Below, one piece after another: positions 39,401 through 54,400 of a stretch of 64,000 bases of DNA. Positions within the stretch are counted from its first letter, which is position 1. The number at the start of each line of letters is the position of its first letter. This DNA comes from Eledone cirrhosa. Taxonomy: Eukaryota. The stretch is taken from contig OZ024740.1 of the NCBI GenBank assembly GCA_964016885.1, positions 423,584,001 through 423,648,000 on the forward strand, in the 5' to 3' direction. Position numbers and translations under genes: made by a program. Under the pieces are notes generated by a model that was not told the DNA's origin, did no database searches, and saw only the letters and a program-made list of their open reading frames with translations.

Positions 39401-42400
39401 CAATCTAATTCTATATAAGACTGTAGTGGTATTGACTAATATACTCCAATCTAATTCTATATAAGACTGTAGTGGTACTGACTAATGTACTTCAATCTAA
39501 TTCTATATAAGACTGCTGTGGTATTGACTAGTGTAGTCCAATCTAATTCTATATAAGACTGTAGTGGTATTGACTAATGTACTCCAACCTAATTCTATAT
39601 AAGACTGTAGTGGTATTGACTAATGTACTCCAATCTAATTCTATATAAGACTGTAGTGGTATTGACTAATGTAGTCCAATCTAATTCTATATAAGTCTGT
39701 AGTGGTATTGACTATTGTAATCCAATCTAATTCTATATAAGACTGTAGTGGTATTGACTAATGTAGTCCAATCTAATTCTATATAAAACTGTAGTGGTAT
39801 TGACTAATGTAGTCCATTTCTAATTCTATATAAGACTGTAGTGGTATTGACTAATGTAGTCCAATCTAATTCTATATAAGACTGTAGTGGTATTGACTAA
39901 TGTAGTCCAATCTAATTCTATATAAGACTGTAGTGGTATTGACTAATGTAGTCCAATCTAATTCTATATAAGACTGTAGTGGTATTGACTAATATACTCC
40001 AATCTAATTCTATATAAGACTGTAGTGGTACTGACTAATGTACTTCAATCTAATTCTATATAAGACTGTAGTGGTATTGACTAGTGTAGTCCAATCTAAT
40101 TCTATATAAGACTGTAGTGGTATTGACTAATGTACTCCAATCTAATTCTATATAAGACTGTAGTGGTATTGACTAATGTAGTCCAATCTAATTCTATATA
40201 AGACTGTAGTGGTATTGACTAATGTAGTCCAATCTAATTCTATATAAGACTGTAGTGGTATTGACTAATGTAGTCCAATCTAATTCTATATAAGACTGTA
40301 GTGGTATTGACTAATGTACTCCAATCTAATTCTATATAAGACTGTAGTGGTATTGACTAATGTAGTCCAATCTAATTCTATATAAGACTGTCGTGGTATT
40401 GACTAATGTACTCCAATCTAATTCTATATAAGACTGTAGTGGTATTGACTAATGTACTCCAATCTAATTCTATATAAGACTGTAGTGGTATTGACTAATG
40501 TACTCCAATCTAATTCTATATAAGACTGTAGTGGTATTGACTAATGTAGTCCAATCTAATTCTATATAAGACTGTAGTGGTATTGACTAATGTAGTCCAA
40601 TCTAATTCTATATAAGACTGTCGTGGTATTGACTAATGTACTCCAATCTAATTCTATATAAGACTGTAGTGGTATTGACTAATGTACTCCAATCTAATTC
40701 TATATAAGACTGTAGTGGTATTGACTAATGTAGTCCAATCTAATTCTATATAAGACTGTAGTGGTATTGACTAATGTAGTCCAATCTAATTCTATATAAG
40801 ACTGTAGTGGTATTGACTAATATACTCCAATCTAATTCTATATAAGACTGTAGTGGTACTGACTAATGTACTTCAATCTAATTCTATATAAGACTGCTGT
40901 GGTATTGACTAGTGTAGTCCAATCTAATTCTATATAAGACTGTAGTGGTATTGACTAATGTACTCCAATCTAATTCTATATAAGACTGTAGTGGTATTGA
41001 CTAATGTACTCCAATCTAATTCTATATAAGACTGTAGTGGTATTGACTAGTGTAGTCCAATCTAATTCTATATAAGACTGTAGTGGTATTGACTAATGTA
41101 GTCCAATCTAATTCTATATAAGACTGTAGTGGTATTGTCTAATGTACTCCAATCTAATTCTATATAAGACTGTAGTGGTATTAACTAATGTACTCCAATC
41201 TAATTCTATATAAGACTGTAGTGGTATTGACTAATGTAGTCCAAACTATTTCTATATAAGACTGTAGTGGTATTGACTAATGTACTCCAATCTAATTCTA
41301 TATAAGACTGTAGTGGTATTGACTAATGTAGTCCAATCTAATTCTATATAAGACTGTAGTGGTATTCACTAATGTACTCCAATCTAATTCTATATAAGAC
41401 TGTAGTGGTATTGACTAATGTACTCCAATCTAATTCTATATAAGACTGTAGTGGTACTGACTAATGTACTCCAATCTAATTCTATATAAGACTGTAGTGG
41501 TACTGACTAATGTACTCCAATCTAATTCTATATAAGACTGTAGTGGTATTGACTAATATACTCCAATCTAATTCTATATAAGACTGTAGTGGTATTGACT
41601 AATGTACTCCAATCTAATTCTATATAAGACTGTAGTGGTATTGACTAATGTAGTCCAATCTAATTCTATATAAGACTGTAGTGGTACTGACTAATGTACT
41701 CCAATCTAATTCTATATAAGACTGTAGTGGTATTGACTAATGTACTCCAATCTAATTCTATATAAGACTGTAGTGGTATTGACTAATGTAATCCAATCTA
41801 ATTCTATATAAGACTGTAGTGGTATTGACTAATGTAGTCCAACTAATTCTATATAAGACTGTAGTGGTATTGACTAATGTACTCCAATCTAATTCTATAT
41901 AAGACTGTAGTGGTATTCTCTAATGTACTCCAATCTAATTCAATATAACACTGTAGTGGTATTGACTAATGTACTCCAATCTATTTCTATATAAGACTGT
42001 AGTGGTATTGTCTAATGTACTCCAATCTAATTCTATATAAGACTGTAGTGGTATTGACTAATGTACTCCAATCTATTTCTATATAAGACTGTAGTGGTAT
42101 TGTCTAATGTATTCCAACTAATTCTATATAAGACTGTAGTGGTATTGACTAATGTACTCCAATCTAATTCTATATAAGACCGTAGTGGTATTGACTAATG
42201 TACTCCAATCTAATTCTATATAAGACTGTAGTGGTATTGACTAATGTACTCCAATCAAATTCTACATAAGACTGTAGTGGTATTGACTAATGTACTCCAA
42301 TCTAATTCAATATAAGACTGTAGTGGTATTGACTAATGTACTCCAATCTAATTCTATATAAGACTGTAGTGGTATTGACTAATGTCCTCCAATCTAATTC

Positions 42401-45400
42401 AATATAAGACTGTAGTGGTATTGACTAATGTACTCCAATCTAATTCTATATAAGACTGTAGTGGTATTGACTAATGTAGTCCAATCTAATTCTATATAAG
42501 ACTGTAGTGGTATTGACTAATGTACTCCAATCTAATTCTATGTAAGACTGTAGTGGTATTGACTAATGTAGTCCAATCTAATTCAATATAAGACTGTAGT
42601 GGTATTGACTAATGTACTCCAATCTAATTCTATATAAGACTGTAGTGGTATTGACTAATGTACTCCAATCTAATTCAATATAAGACTGTAGTGGTATTGA
42701 CTAATGTACTCCAATCTAATTCAATATAAGACTGTAGTGGTATTGACTAATGTACTCCAATCTAATTCTATGTAAGACTGTAGTGGTATTGACTAATGTA
42801 CTCCAATCTAATTCTATATAAGACTGTAGTAGTATTGACTAATGTACTCCAATCTAATTCTATATAAGACTGTAGTGGTATTGACTAATGTACTCCAATC
42901 TAATTCTATATAAGACTGTAGTGGTATTGACTAATGTAGTCCAAGCTAATTCTATATAAGACTGTAGTGGTATTGACTAATGTAGTCCAAGCTAATTCTA
43001 TATAAGACTGTAGTGGTATTGACTAATGTAGTCCAATCTAATTCTATATAAGACTGTAGTGGTATTGACTAATGTACTCCAATCTAATTCTATATAAGAC
43101 TGTAGTGGTATTGACTAATGTAGTCCAATCTAATTCTATATAAGACTGTAGTGGTATTGACTAATGTAGTCCAATCTAATTCTATATAAGACTGTAGTGG
43201 TATTGACTAATGTACTCCAACCTAATTCTATATAAGACTGTAGAGGTATTGACTAATGTACTAAAATCTAATTCTATATAAGACTGTAGTGGTATTGACT
43301 AATGTACTCCAATCTAATTCTATATAAGACTGTAGTGGTATTGTCTAATGTATTCCAACTAATTCTATATAAGACTGTAGTGGTACTGACTAATGTACTC
43401 CAATCTAATTCTATATAAGACTGTAGTGGTATTGACTAATGTACTCCAATCTAATTCTATATAAGACTGTAGTGGTATTGTCTAATGTATTCCAACTAAT
43501 TCTATATAAGACTGTAGTGGTACTGACTAATGTACTCCAATCTAATTCTATATAAGACTGTAGTGGTATTGACTAATGTACTCCAATCTAATTCTATATA
43601 AGACTGTAGTGGTATTGTCTAATGTATTCCAACTAATTCTATATAAGACTGTGGTGGTATTGACTAATGTACTCCAATCTAATTCTATATAAGACTGTAG
43701 TGGTATTCTCTAATGTACTCCAATCTAATTCAATATAAGACTGTAGTGGTATTGACTAATGTACTCCAATCTATTTCTATATAAGACTGTAGTGGTATTG
43801 TCTAATGTACTCCAATCTAATTCTATATAAGACTGTAGTGGTATTGACTAATGTACTCCAATCTAATTCTATATAAGACTGTAGTGGTATTGACTAATGT
43901 AGTCCAATCTAATTCTATATAAGACTGTCGTGGTATTGACTAATGTACTCCAATCTAATTCTATATAAGACTGTAGTGGTATTGACTAATGTACTCCAAT
44001 CTAATTCTATATAAGACTGTAGTGGTATTGACTAATGTACTCCAATCTAATTCTATATAAGACTGTAGTGGTATTGACTAATGTAGTCCAATCTAATTCT
44101 ATATAAGACTGTAGTGGTATTGACTAATGTAGTCCAATCTAATTCTATATAAGACTGTCGTGGTATTGACTAATGTACTCCAATCTAATTCTATATAAGA
44201 CTGTAGTGGTATTGACTAATGTACTCCAATCTAATTCTATATAAGACTGTAGTGGTATTGACTAATGTAGTCCAATCTAATTCTATATAAGACTGTAGTG
44301 GTATTGACTAATGTAGTCCAATCTAATTCTATATAAGACTGTAGTGGTATTGACTAATATACTCCAATCTAATTCTATATAAGACTGTAGTGGTACTGAC
44401 TAATGTACTTCAATCTAATTCTATATAAGACTGCTGTGGTATTGACTAGTGTAGTCCAATCTAATTCTATATAAGACTGTAGTGGTATTGACTAATGTAC
44501 TCCAACCTAATTCTATATAAGACTGTAGTGGTATTGACTAATGTAGTCCAATCTAATTCTATATAAGTCTGTAGTGGTATTGACTATTGTAATCCAATCT
44601 AATTCTATATAAGACTGTAGTGGTATTGACTAATGTAGTCCAATCTAATTCTATATAAAACTGTAGTGGTATTGACTAATGTAGTCCATTTCTAATTCTA
44701 TATAAGACTGTAGTGGTATTGACTAATGTAGTCCAATCTAATTCTATATAAGACTGTAGTGGTATTGACTAATGTAGTCCAATCTAATTCTATATAAGAC
44801 TGTAGTGGTATTGACTAATGTAGTCCAATCTAATTCTATATAAGACTGTAGTGGTATTGACTAATATACTCCAATCTAATTCTATATAAGACTGTAGTGG
44901 TACTGACTAATGTACTTCAATCTAATTCTATATAAGACTGTAGTGGTATTGACTAGTGTAGTCCAATCTAATTCTATATAAGACTGTAGTGGTATTGACT
45001 AATGTACTCCAATCTAATTCTATATAAGACTGTAGTGGTATTGACTAATGTAGTCCAATCTAATTCTATATAAGACTGTAGTGGTATTGACTAATGTAGT
45101 CCAATCTAATTCTATATAAGACTGTAGTGGTATTGACTAATGTAGTCCAATCTAATTCTATATAAGACTGTAGTGGTATTGACTAATGTACTCCAATCTA
45201 ATTCTATATAAGACTGTAGTGGTATTGACTAATGTAGTCCAATCTAATTCTATATAAGACTGTCGTGGTATTGACTAATGTACTCCAATCTAATTCTATA
45301 TAAGACTGTAGTGGTATTGACTAATGTACTCCAATCTAATTCTATATAAGACTGTAGTGGTATTGACTAATGTACTCCAATCTAATTCTATATAAGACTG

Positions 45401-48400
45401 TAGTGGTATTGACTAATGTAGTCCAATCTAATTCTATATAAGACTGTAGTGGTATTGACTAATGTAGTCCAATCTAATTCTATATAAGACTGTCGTGGTA
45501 TTGACTAATGTACTCCAATCTAATTCTATATAAGACTGTAGTGGTATTGACTAATGTACTCCAATTTAATTCTATATAAGACTGTAGTGGTATTGACTAA
45601 TGTAGTCCAATCTAATTCTATATAAGACTGTAGTGGTATTGACTAATGTAGTCCAATCTAATTCTATATAAGACTGTAGTGGTATTGACTAATATACTCC
45701 AATCTAATTCTATATAAGACTGTAGTGGTACTGACTAATGTACTTCAATCTAATTCTATATAAGACTGCTGTGGTATTGACTAGTGTAGTCCAATCTAAT
45801 TCTATATAAGACTCTAGTGGTATTGACTAATGTACTCCAATCTAATTCTATATAAGACTGTAGTGGTATTGACTAATGTACTCCAATCTAATTCTATATA
45901 AGACTGTAGTGGTATTGACTAGTGTAGTCCAATCTAATTCTATATAAGACTGTAGTGGTATTGACTAATGTAGTCCAATCTAATTCTATATAAGACTGTA
46001 GTGGTATTGTCTAATGTACTCCAATCTAATTCTATATAAGACTGTAGTGGTATTAACTAATGTACTCCAATCTAATTCTATATAAGACTGTAGTGGTATT
46101 GACTAATGTAGTCCAAACTATTTCTATATAAGACTGTAGTGGTATTGACTAATGTACTCCAATCTAATTCTATATAAGACTGTAGTGGTATTGACTAATG
46201 TAGTCCAATCTAATTCTATATAAGACTGTAGTGGTATTCACTAATGTACTCCAATCTAATTCTATATAAGACTGTAGTGGTATTGACTAATGTACTCCAA
46301 TCTAATTCTATATAAGACTGTAGTGGTACTGACTAATGTACTCCAATCTAATTCTATATAAGACTGTAGTGGTACTGACTAATGTACTCCAATCTAATTC
46401 TATATAAGACTGTAGTGGTATTGACTAATATACTCCAATCTAATTCTATATAAGACTGTAGTGGTATTGACTAATGTACTCCAATCTAATTCTATATAAG
46501 ACTGTAGTGGTATTGACTAATGTAGTCCAATCTAATTCTATATAAGACTGTAGTGGTACTGACTAATGTACTCCAATCTAATTCTATATAAGACTGTAGT
46601 GGTATTGACTAATGTACTCCAATCTAATTCTATATAAGACTGTAGTGGTATTGACTAATGTAATCCAATCTAATTCTATATAAGACTGTAGTGGTATTGA
46701 CTAATGTAGTCCAACTAATTCTATATAAGACTGTAGTGGTATTGACTAATGTACTCCAATCTAATTCTATATAACACTGTAGTGGTATTCTCTAATGTAC
46801 TCCAATCTAATTCAATATAAGACTGTAGTGGTATTGACTAATGTACTCCAATCTATTTCTATATAAGACTGTAGTGGTATTGTCTAATGTACTCCAATCT
46901 AATTCTATATAAGACTGTAGTGGTATTGACTAATGTACTCCAATCTATTTCTATATAAGACTGTAGTGGTATTGTCTAATGTATTCCAACTAATTCTATA
47001 TAAGACTGTAGTGGTATTGACTAATGTACTCCAATCTAATTCTATATAAGACCGTAGTGGTATTGACTAATGTACTCCAATCTAATTCTATATAAGACTG
47101 TAGTGGTATTGACTAATGTACTCCAATCAAATTCTACATAAGACTGTAGTGGTATTGACTAATGTACTCCAATCTAATTCAATATAAGACTGTAGTGGTA
47201 TTGACTAATGTACTCCAATCTAATTCTATATAAGACTGTAGTGGTATTGACTAATGTCCTCCAATCTAATTCAATATAAGACTGTAGTGGTATTGACTAA
47301 TGTACTCCAATCTAATTCTATATAAGACTGTAGTGGTATTGACTAATGTAGTCCAATCTAATTCTATATAAGACTGTAGTGGTATTGACTAATGTACTCC
47401 AATCTAATTCTATGTAAGACTGTAGTGGTATTGACTAATGTAGTCCAATCTAATTCAATATAAGACTGTAGTGGTATTGACTAATGTACTCCAATCTAAT
47501 TCTATATAAGACTGTAGTGGTATTGACTAATGTACTCCAATCTAATTCAATATAAGACTGTAGTGGTATTGACTAATGTACTCCAATCTAATTCAATATA
47601 AGACTGTAGTGGTATTGACTAATGTACTCCAATCTAATTCTATGTAAGACTGTAGTGGTATTGACTAATGTACTCCAATCTAATTCTATATAAGACTGTA
47701 GTAGTATTGACTAATGTACTCCAATCTAATTCTATATAAGACTGTAGTGGTATTGACTAATGTACTCCAATCTAATTCTATATAAGACTGTAGTGGTATT
47801 GACTAATGTAGTCCAAGCTAATTCTATATAAGACTGTAGTGGTATTGACTAATGTAGTCCAAGCTAATTCTATATAAGACTGTAGTGGTATTGACTAATG
47901 TAGTCCAATCTAATTCTATATAAGACTGTAGTGGTATTGACTAATGTACTCCAATCTAATTCTATATAAGACTGTAGTGGTATTGACTAATGTAGTCCAA
48001 TCTAATTCTATATAAGACTGTAGTGGTATTGACTAATGTAGTCCAATCTAATTCTATATAAGACTGTAGTGGTATTGACTAATGTACTCCAACCTAATTC
48101 TATATAAGACTGTAGAGGTATTGACTAATGTACTAAAATCTAATTCTATATAAGACTGTAGTGGTATTGACTAATGTACTCCAATCTAATTCTATATAAG
48201 ACTGTAGTGGTATTGTCTAATGTATTCCAACTAATTCTATATAAGACTGTAGTGGTACTGACTAATGTACTCCAATCTAATTCTATATAAGACTGTAGTG
48301 GTATTGACTAATGTACTCCAATCTAATTCTATATAAGACTGTAGTGGTATTGTCTAATGTATTCCAACTAATTCTATATAAGACTGTAGTGGTACTGACT

Positions 48401-51400
48401 AATGTACTCCAATCTAATTCTATATAAGACTGTAGTGGTATTGACTAATGTACTCCAATCTAATTCTATATAAGACTGTAGTGGTATTGTCTAATGTATT
48501 CCAACTAATTCTATATAAGACTGTAGTGGTATTGACTAATGTACTCCAATCTAATTCTATATAAGACTGTAGTGGTATTCTCTAATGTACTCCAATCTAA
48601 TTCAATATAAGACTGTAGTGGTATTGACTAATGTACTCCAATCTATTTCTATATAAGACTGTAGTGGTATTGTCTAATGTACTCCAATCTAATTCTATAT
48701 AAGACTGTAGTGGTATTGACTAATGTACTCCAATCTATTTCTATTTAAGACTGTAGTGGTATTGTCTAATGTATTCCAACTAATTCTATATAAGACTGTA
48801 GTGGTATTGACTAATGTACTCCAATCTAATTCTATATAAGACTGTAGTGGTATTGACTAATGTACTCCAATCTAATTCTACATAAGACTGTAGTGGTATT
48901 GACTAATGTACTCCAATCTAATTCAATATAAGACTGTAGTGGTATTGACTAATGTACTCCAATCTAATTCTATATAAGACTGTAGTGGTATTGACTAATG
49001 TCCTCCAATCTAATTCTATATAAGACTGTAGTGGTATTGACTAATGTACTCCAATCTAATTCTATATAAGACTGTAGTGGTATTCACTAATGTACTCCAA
49101 TCTAATTCTATATAAGACTGTAGTGGTATTGACTAATGCAGTCCAATCTAATTCTATATAAGACTGTAGTGGTATTGACTAATGTACTCCAATTTATTCT
49201 ATATAAGACTGTAGTGGTATTGACTAATGTACTCCAATCTAATTCTATATAAGACTGTAGTGGTATTGACTAATGTACTCCAATCTAATTCAATATAAGA
49301 CTGTAGTGGTATTGACTAATGTACTCCAATCTAATTCAATATAAGACTGTAGTGGTATTGACTAATGTACTCCAATCTAATTCTATGTAAGACTGTAGTG
49401 GTATTGACTAATGTACTCCAATCTAATTCTATATAAGACTGTAGTAGTATTGACTAATGTACTCCAATCTAATTCTATATAAGACTGTAGTGGTATTGAC
49501 TAATGTACTCCAATCTAATTCTATATAAGACTGTAGTGGTATTGACTAATGTAGTCCAAGCTAATTCAATATAAGACTGTAGTGGTATTGACTAGTGTAC
49601 TCCAATCTAATTCTATATAAGACTGTAGTGGTATTGACCAATGTACTCCAATCTAATTCTATATAAAACTGTAGTGGTATTGACTAATGTACTCCAATCT
49701 AATTCAATATAAGACTGTAGTGGTATTGACTAATGTACTCCAATCTAATTCTATATAAGACTGTAGTGGTATTGACTAATGTAGTCCAATCTAATTTTAT
49801 ATAAGACTGTAGTGGTATTGACTAATATACTCCAATCTAATTCTATGTAAGACTGTAGTGGTATTGACTAATGTAGTCCAATCTAATTCAATATAAGACT
49901 GTAGTGGTATTGACTAATGTACTCCAATCTAATTCTATATAAGACTGTAGTGGTATTGACTAATGTACTCCAATCTAATTCAATATAAGACTGTAGTGGT
50001 ATTGACTAATGTACTCCAATCTAATTCAATATAAGACTGTAGTGGTATTGACTAATGTACTCCAATCTAATTCTATGTAAGACTGTAGTGGTATTGACTG
50101 ATGTACTCCAATCTAATTCTATATAAGACTGTAGTAGTATTGACTAATGTACTCCAATCTAATTCTATATAAGACTGTAGTGGTATTGACTAATGTACTC
50201 CAATCTAATTCTATATAAGACTGTAGTGGTATTGACTAATGTAGTCCAATCCAATTCAATATAAGACTGTAGTGGTATTGACTAGTGTACTCCAATCTAA
50301 TTCTATATAAGACTGTAGTGGTATTGACCAATGTACTCCAATCTAATTCTATATAAAACTGTAGTGGTATTGACTAATGTACTCCAATCTAATTCAATAT
50401 AAGACTGTAGTGGTATTGACTAATGTACTCCAATCTAATTCTATATAAGACTGTAGTGGTATTGACTAATGTACTCCAATCTAATTCTATATAAGACTGT
50501 AGTGGTATTGACTAATGTACTCCAATCTAATTCTATATAAGACTGTAGTGGTAGTGACTAATGTAGTCCAATCTAATTCTATATAAGACTGTAGTGGTAT
50601 TGACTAATGTACTCCAATCTAATTCTATATAAGACTGTAGTGGTATTGACTAATGTAGTCCAATCTAATTCTATATAAGACTGTAGTGGTATTGACTAAT
50701 GTAGTCCAATCTAATTCTATATAAGACTGTAGTGGTATTGACTAATATACTCCAATCTAATTCTATATAAGACTGTAGTGGTACTGACTAATGTACTTCA
50801 ATCTAATTCTATATAAGACTGCTGTGGTATTGACTAGTGTAGTCCAATCTAATTCTATATAAGACTGTAGTGGTATTGACTAATGTACTCCAATCTAATT
50901 CTATATAAGACTGTAGTGGTATTGACTAATGTACTCCAATCTAATTCTATATAAGACTGTAGTGGTATTGACTAGTGTAGTCCAATCTAATTCTATATAA
51001 GACTGTAGTGGTATTGACTAATGTAGTCCAATCTAATTCTATATAAGACTGTAGTGGTATTGTCTAATGTACTCCAATCTAATTCTATATAAGACTGTAG
51101 TGGTATTAACTAATGTACTCCAATCTAATTCTATATAAGACTGTAGTGGTATTGACTAATGTAGTCCAAACTATTTCTATATAAGACTGTAGTGGTATTG
51201 ACTAATGTACTCCAATCTAATTCTATATAAGACTGTAGTGGTATTGACTAATGTAGTCCAATCTAATTCTATATAAGACTGTAGTGGTATTCACTAATGT
51301 ACTCCAATCTAATTCTATATAAGACTGTAGTGGTATTGACTAATGTACTCCAATCTAATTCTATATAAGACTGTAGTGGTACTGACTAATGTACTCCAAT

Positions 51401-54400
51401 CTAATTCTATATAAGACTGTAGTGGTACTGACTAATGTACTCCAATCTAATTCTATATAAGACTGTAGTGGTATTGACTAATATACTCCAATCTAATTCT
51501 ATATAAGACTGTAGTGGTATTGACTAATGTACTCCAATCTAATTCTATATAAGACTGTAGTGGTATTGACTAATGTAGTCCAATCTAATTCTATATAAGA
51601 CTGTAGTGGTACTGACTAATGTACTCCAATCTAATTCTATATAAGACTGTAGTGGTATTGACTAATGTACTCCAATCTAATTCTATATAAGACTGTAGTG
51701 GTATTGACTAATGTAATCCAATCTAATTCTATATAAGACTGTAGTGGTATTGACTAATGTAGTCCAACTAATTCTATATAAGACTGTAGTGGTATTGACT
51801 AATGTACTCCAATCTAATTCTATATAAGACTGTAGTGGTATTCTCTAATGTACTCCAATCTAATTCAATATAAGACTGTAGTGGTATTGACTAATGTACT
51901 CCAATCTATTTCTATATAAGACTGTAGTGGTATTGTCTAATGTACTCCAATCTAATTCTATATAAGACTGTAGTGGTATTGACTAATGTACTCCAATCTA
52001 TTTCTATATAAGACTGTAGTGGTATTGTCTAATGTATTCCAACTAATTCTATATAAGACTGTAGTGGTATTGACTAATGTACTCCAATCTAATTCTATAT
52101 AAGACCGTAGTGGTATTGACTAATGTACTCCAATCTAATTCTATATAAGACTGTAGTGGTATTGACTAATGTACTCCAATCAAATTCTACATAAGACTGT
52201 AGTGGTATTGACTAATGTACTCCAATCTAATTCAATATAAGACTGTAGTGGTATTGACTAATGTACTCCAATCTAATTCTATATAAGACTGTAGTGGTAT
52301 TGACTAATGTCCTCCAATCTAATTCAATATAAGACTGTAGTGGTATTGACTAATGTACTCCAATCTAATTCTATATAAGACTGTAGTGGTATTGACTAAT
52401 GTAGTCCAATCTAATTCTATATAAGACTGTAGTGGTATTGACTAATGTACTCCAATCTAATTCTATGTAAGACTGTAGTGGTATTGACTAATGTAGTCCA
52501 ATCTAATTCAATATAAGACTGTAGTGGTATTGACTAATGTACTCCAATCTAATTCTATATAAAACTGTAGTGGTATTGACTAATGTACTCCAATCTAATT
52601 CAATATAAGACTGTAGTGGTATTGACTAATGTACTCCAATCTAATTCAATATAAGACTGTAGTGGTATTGACTAATGTACTCCAATCTAATTCTATGTAA
52701 GACTGTAGTGGTATTGACTAATGTACTCCAATCTAATTCTATATAAGACTGTAGTAGTATTGACTAATGTACTCCAATCTAATTCTATATAAGACTGTAG
52801 TGGTATTGACTAATGTACTCCAATCTAATTCTATATAAGACTGTAGTGGTATTGACTAATGTACTCCAATCTAATTCTATATAAGACTGTAGTGGTATTG
52901 ACTAATGTACTCCAATCTAATTCTATATAAGACTGTAGTGGTATTGACTAATGTAGTCCAAGCTAATTCTATATAAGACTGTAGTGGTATTGACTAATGT
53001 AGTCCAATCTAATTCTATATAAGACTGTAGTGGTATTGACTAATGTACTCCAATCTAATTCTATATAAGACTGTAGTGGTATTGACTAATGTAGTCCAAT
53101 CTAATTCTATATAAGACTGTAGTGGTATTGACTAATGTAGTCCAATCTAATTCTATATAAGACTGTAGTGGTATTGACTAATGTAGTCCAATCTAATTCT
53201 ATATAAGACTGTAGTGGTATTGACTAATGTACTCCAACCTAATTCTATATAAGACTGTAGAGGTATTGACTAATGTACTAAAATCTAATTCTATATAAGA
53301 CTGTAGTGGTATTGACTAATGTACTCCAATCTAATTCTATATAAGACTGTAGTGGTATTGTCTAATGTATTCCAACTAATTCTATATAAGACTGTAGTGG
53401 TACTGACTAATGTACTCCAATCTAATTCTATATAAGACTGTAGTGGTATTGACTAATGTACTCCAATCTAATTCTATATAAGACTGTAGTGGTATTGTCT
53501 AATGTATTCCAACTAATTCTATATAAGACTGTAGTGGTACTGACTAATGTACTCCAATCTAATTCTATATAAGACTGTAGTGGTATTGACTAATGTACTC
53601 CAATCTAATTCTATATAAGACTGTAGTGGTATTGTCTAATGTATTCCAACTAATTCTATATAAGACTGTAGTGGTATTGACTAATGTACTCCAATCTAAT
53701 TCTATATAAGACTGTAGTGGTATTCTCTAATGTACTCCAATCTAATTCAATATAAGACTGTAGTGGTATTGACTAATGTACTCCAATCTATTTCTATATA
53801 AGACTGTAGTGGTATTGTCTAATGTACTCCAATCTAATTCTATATAAGACTGTAGTGGTATTGACTAATGTACTCCAATCTATTTCTATTTAAGACTGTA
53901 GTGGTATTGTCTAATGTATTCCAACTAATTCTATATAAGACTGTAGTGGTATTGACTAATGTACTCCAATCTAATTCTATATAAGACTGTAGTGGTATTG
54001 ACTAATGTACTCCAATCTAATTCTATATAAGACTGTAGTGGTATTGACTAATGTACTCCAATCTAATTCTACATAAGACTGTAGTGGTATTGACTAATGT
54101 ACTCCAATCTAATTCAATATAAGACTGTAGTGGTATTGACTAATGTACTCCAATCTAATTCTATATAAGACTGTAGTGGTATTGACTAATGTCCTCCAAT
54201 CTAATTCTATATAAGACTGTAGTGGTATTGACTAATGTACTCCAATCTAATTCTATATAAGACTGTAGTGGTATTCACTAATGTACTCCAATCTAATTCT
54301 ATATAAGACTGTAGTGGTATTGACTAATGCAGTCCAATCTAATTCTATATAAGACTGTAGTGGTATTGACTAATGTACTCCAATTTATTCTATATAAGAC

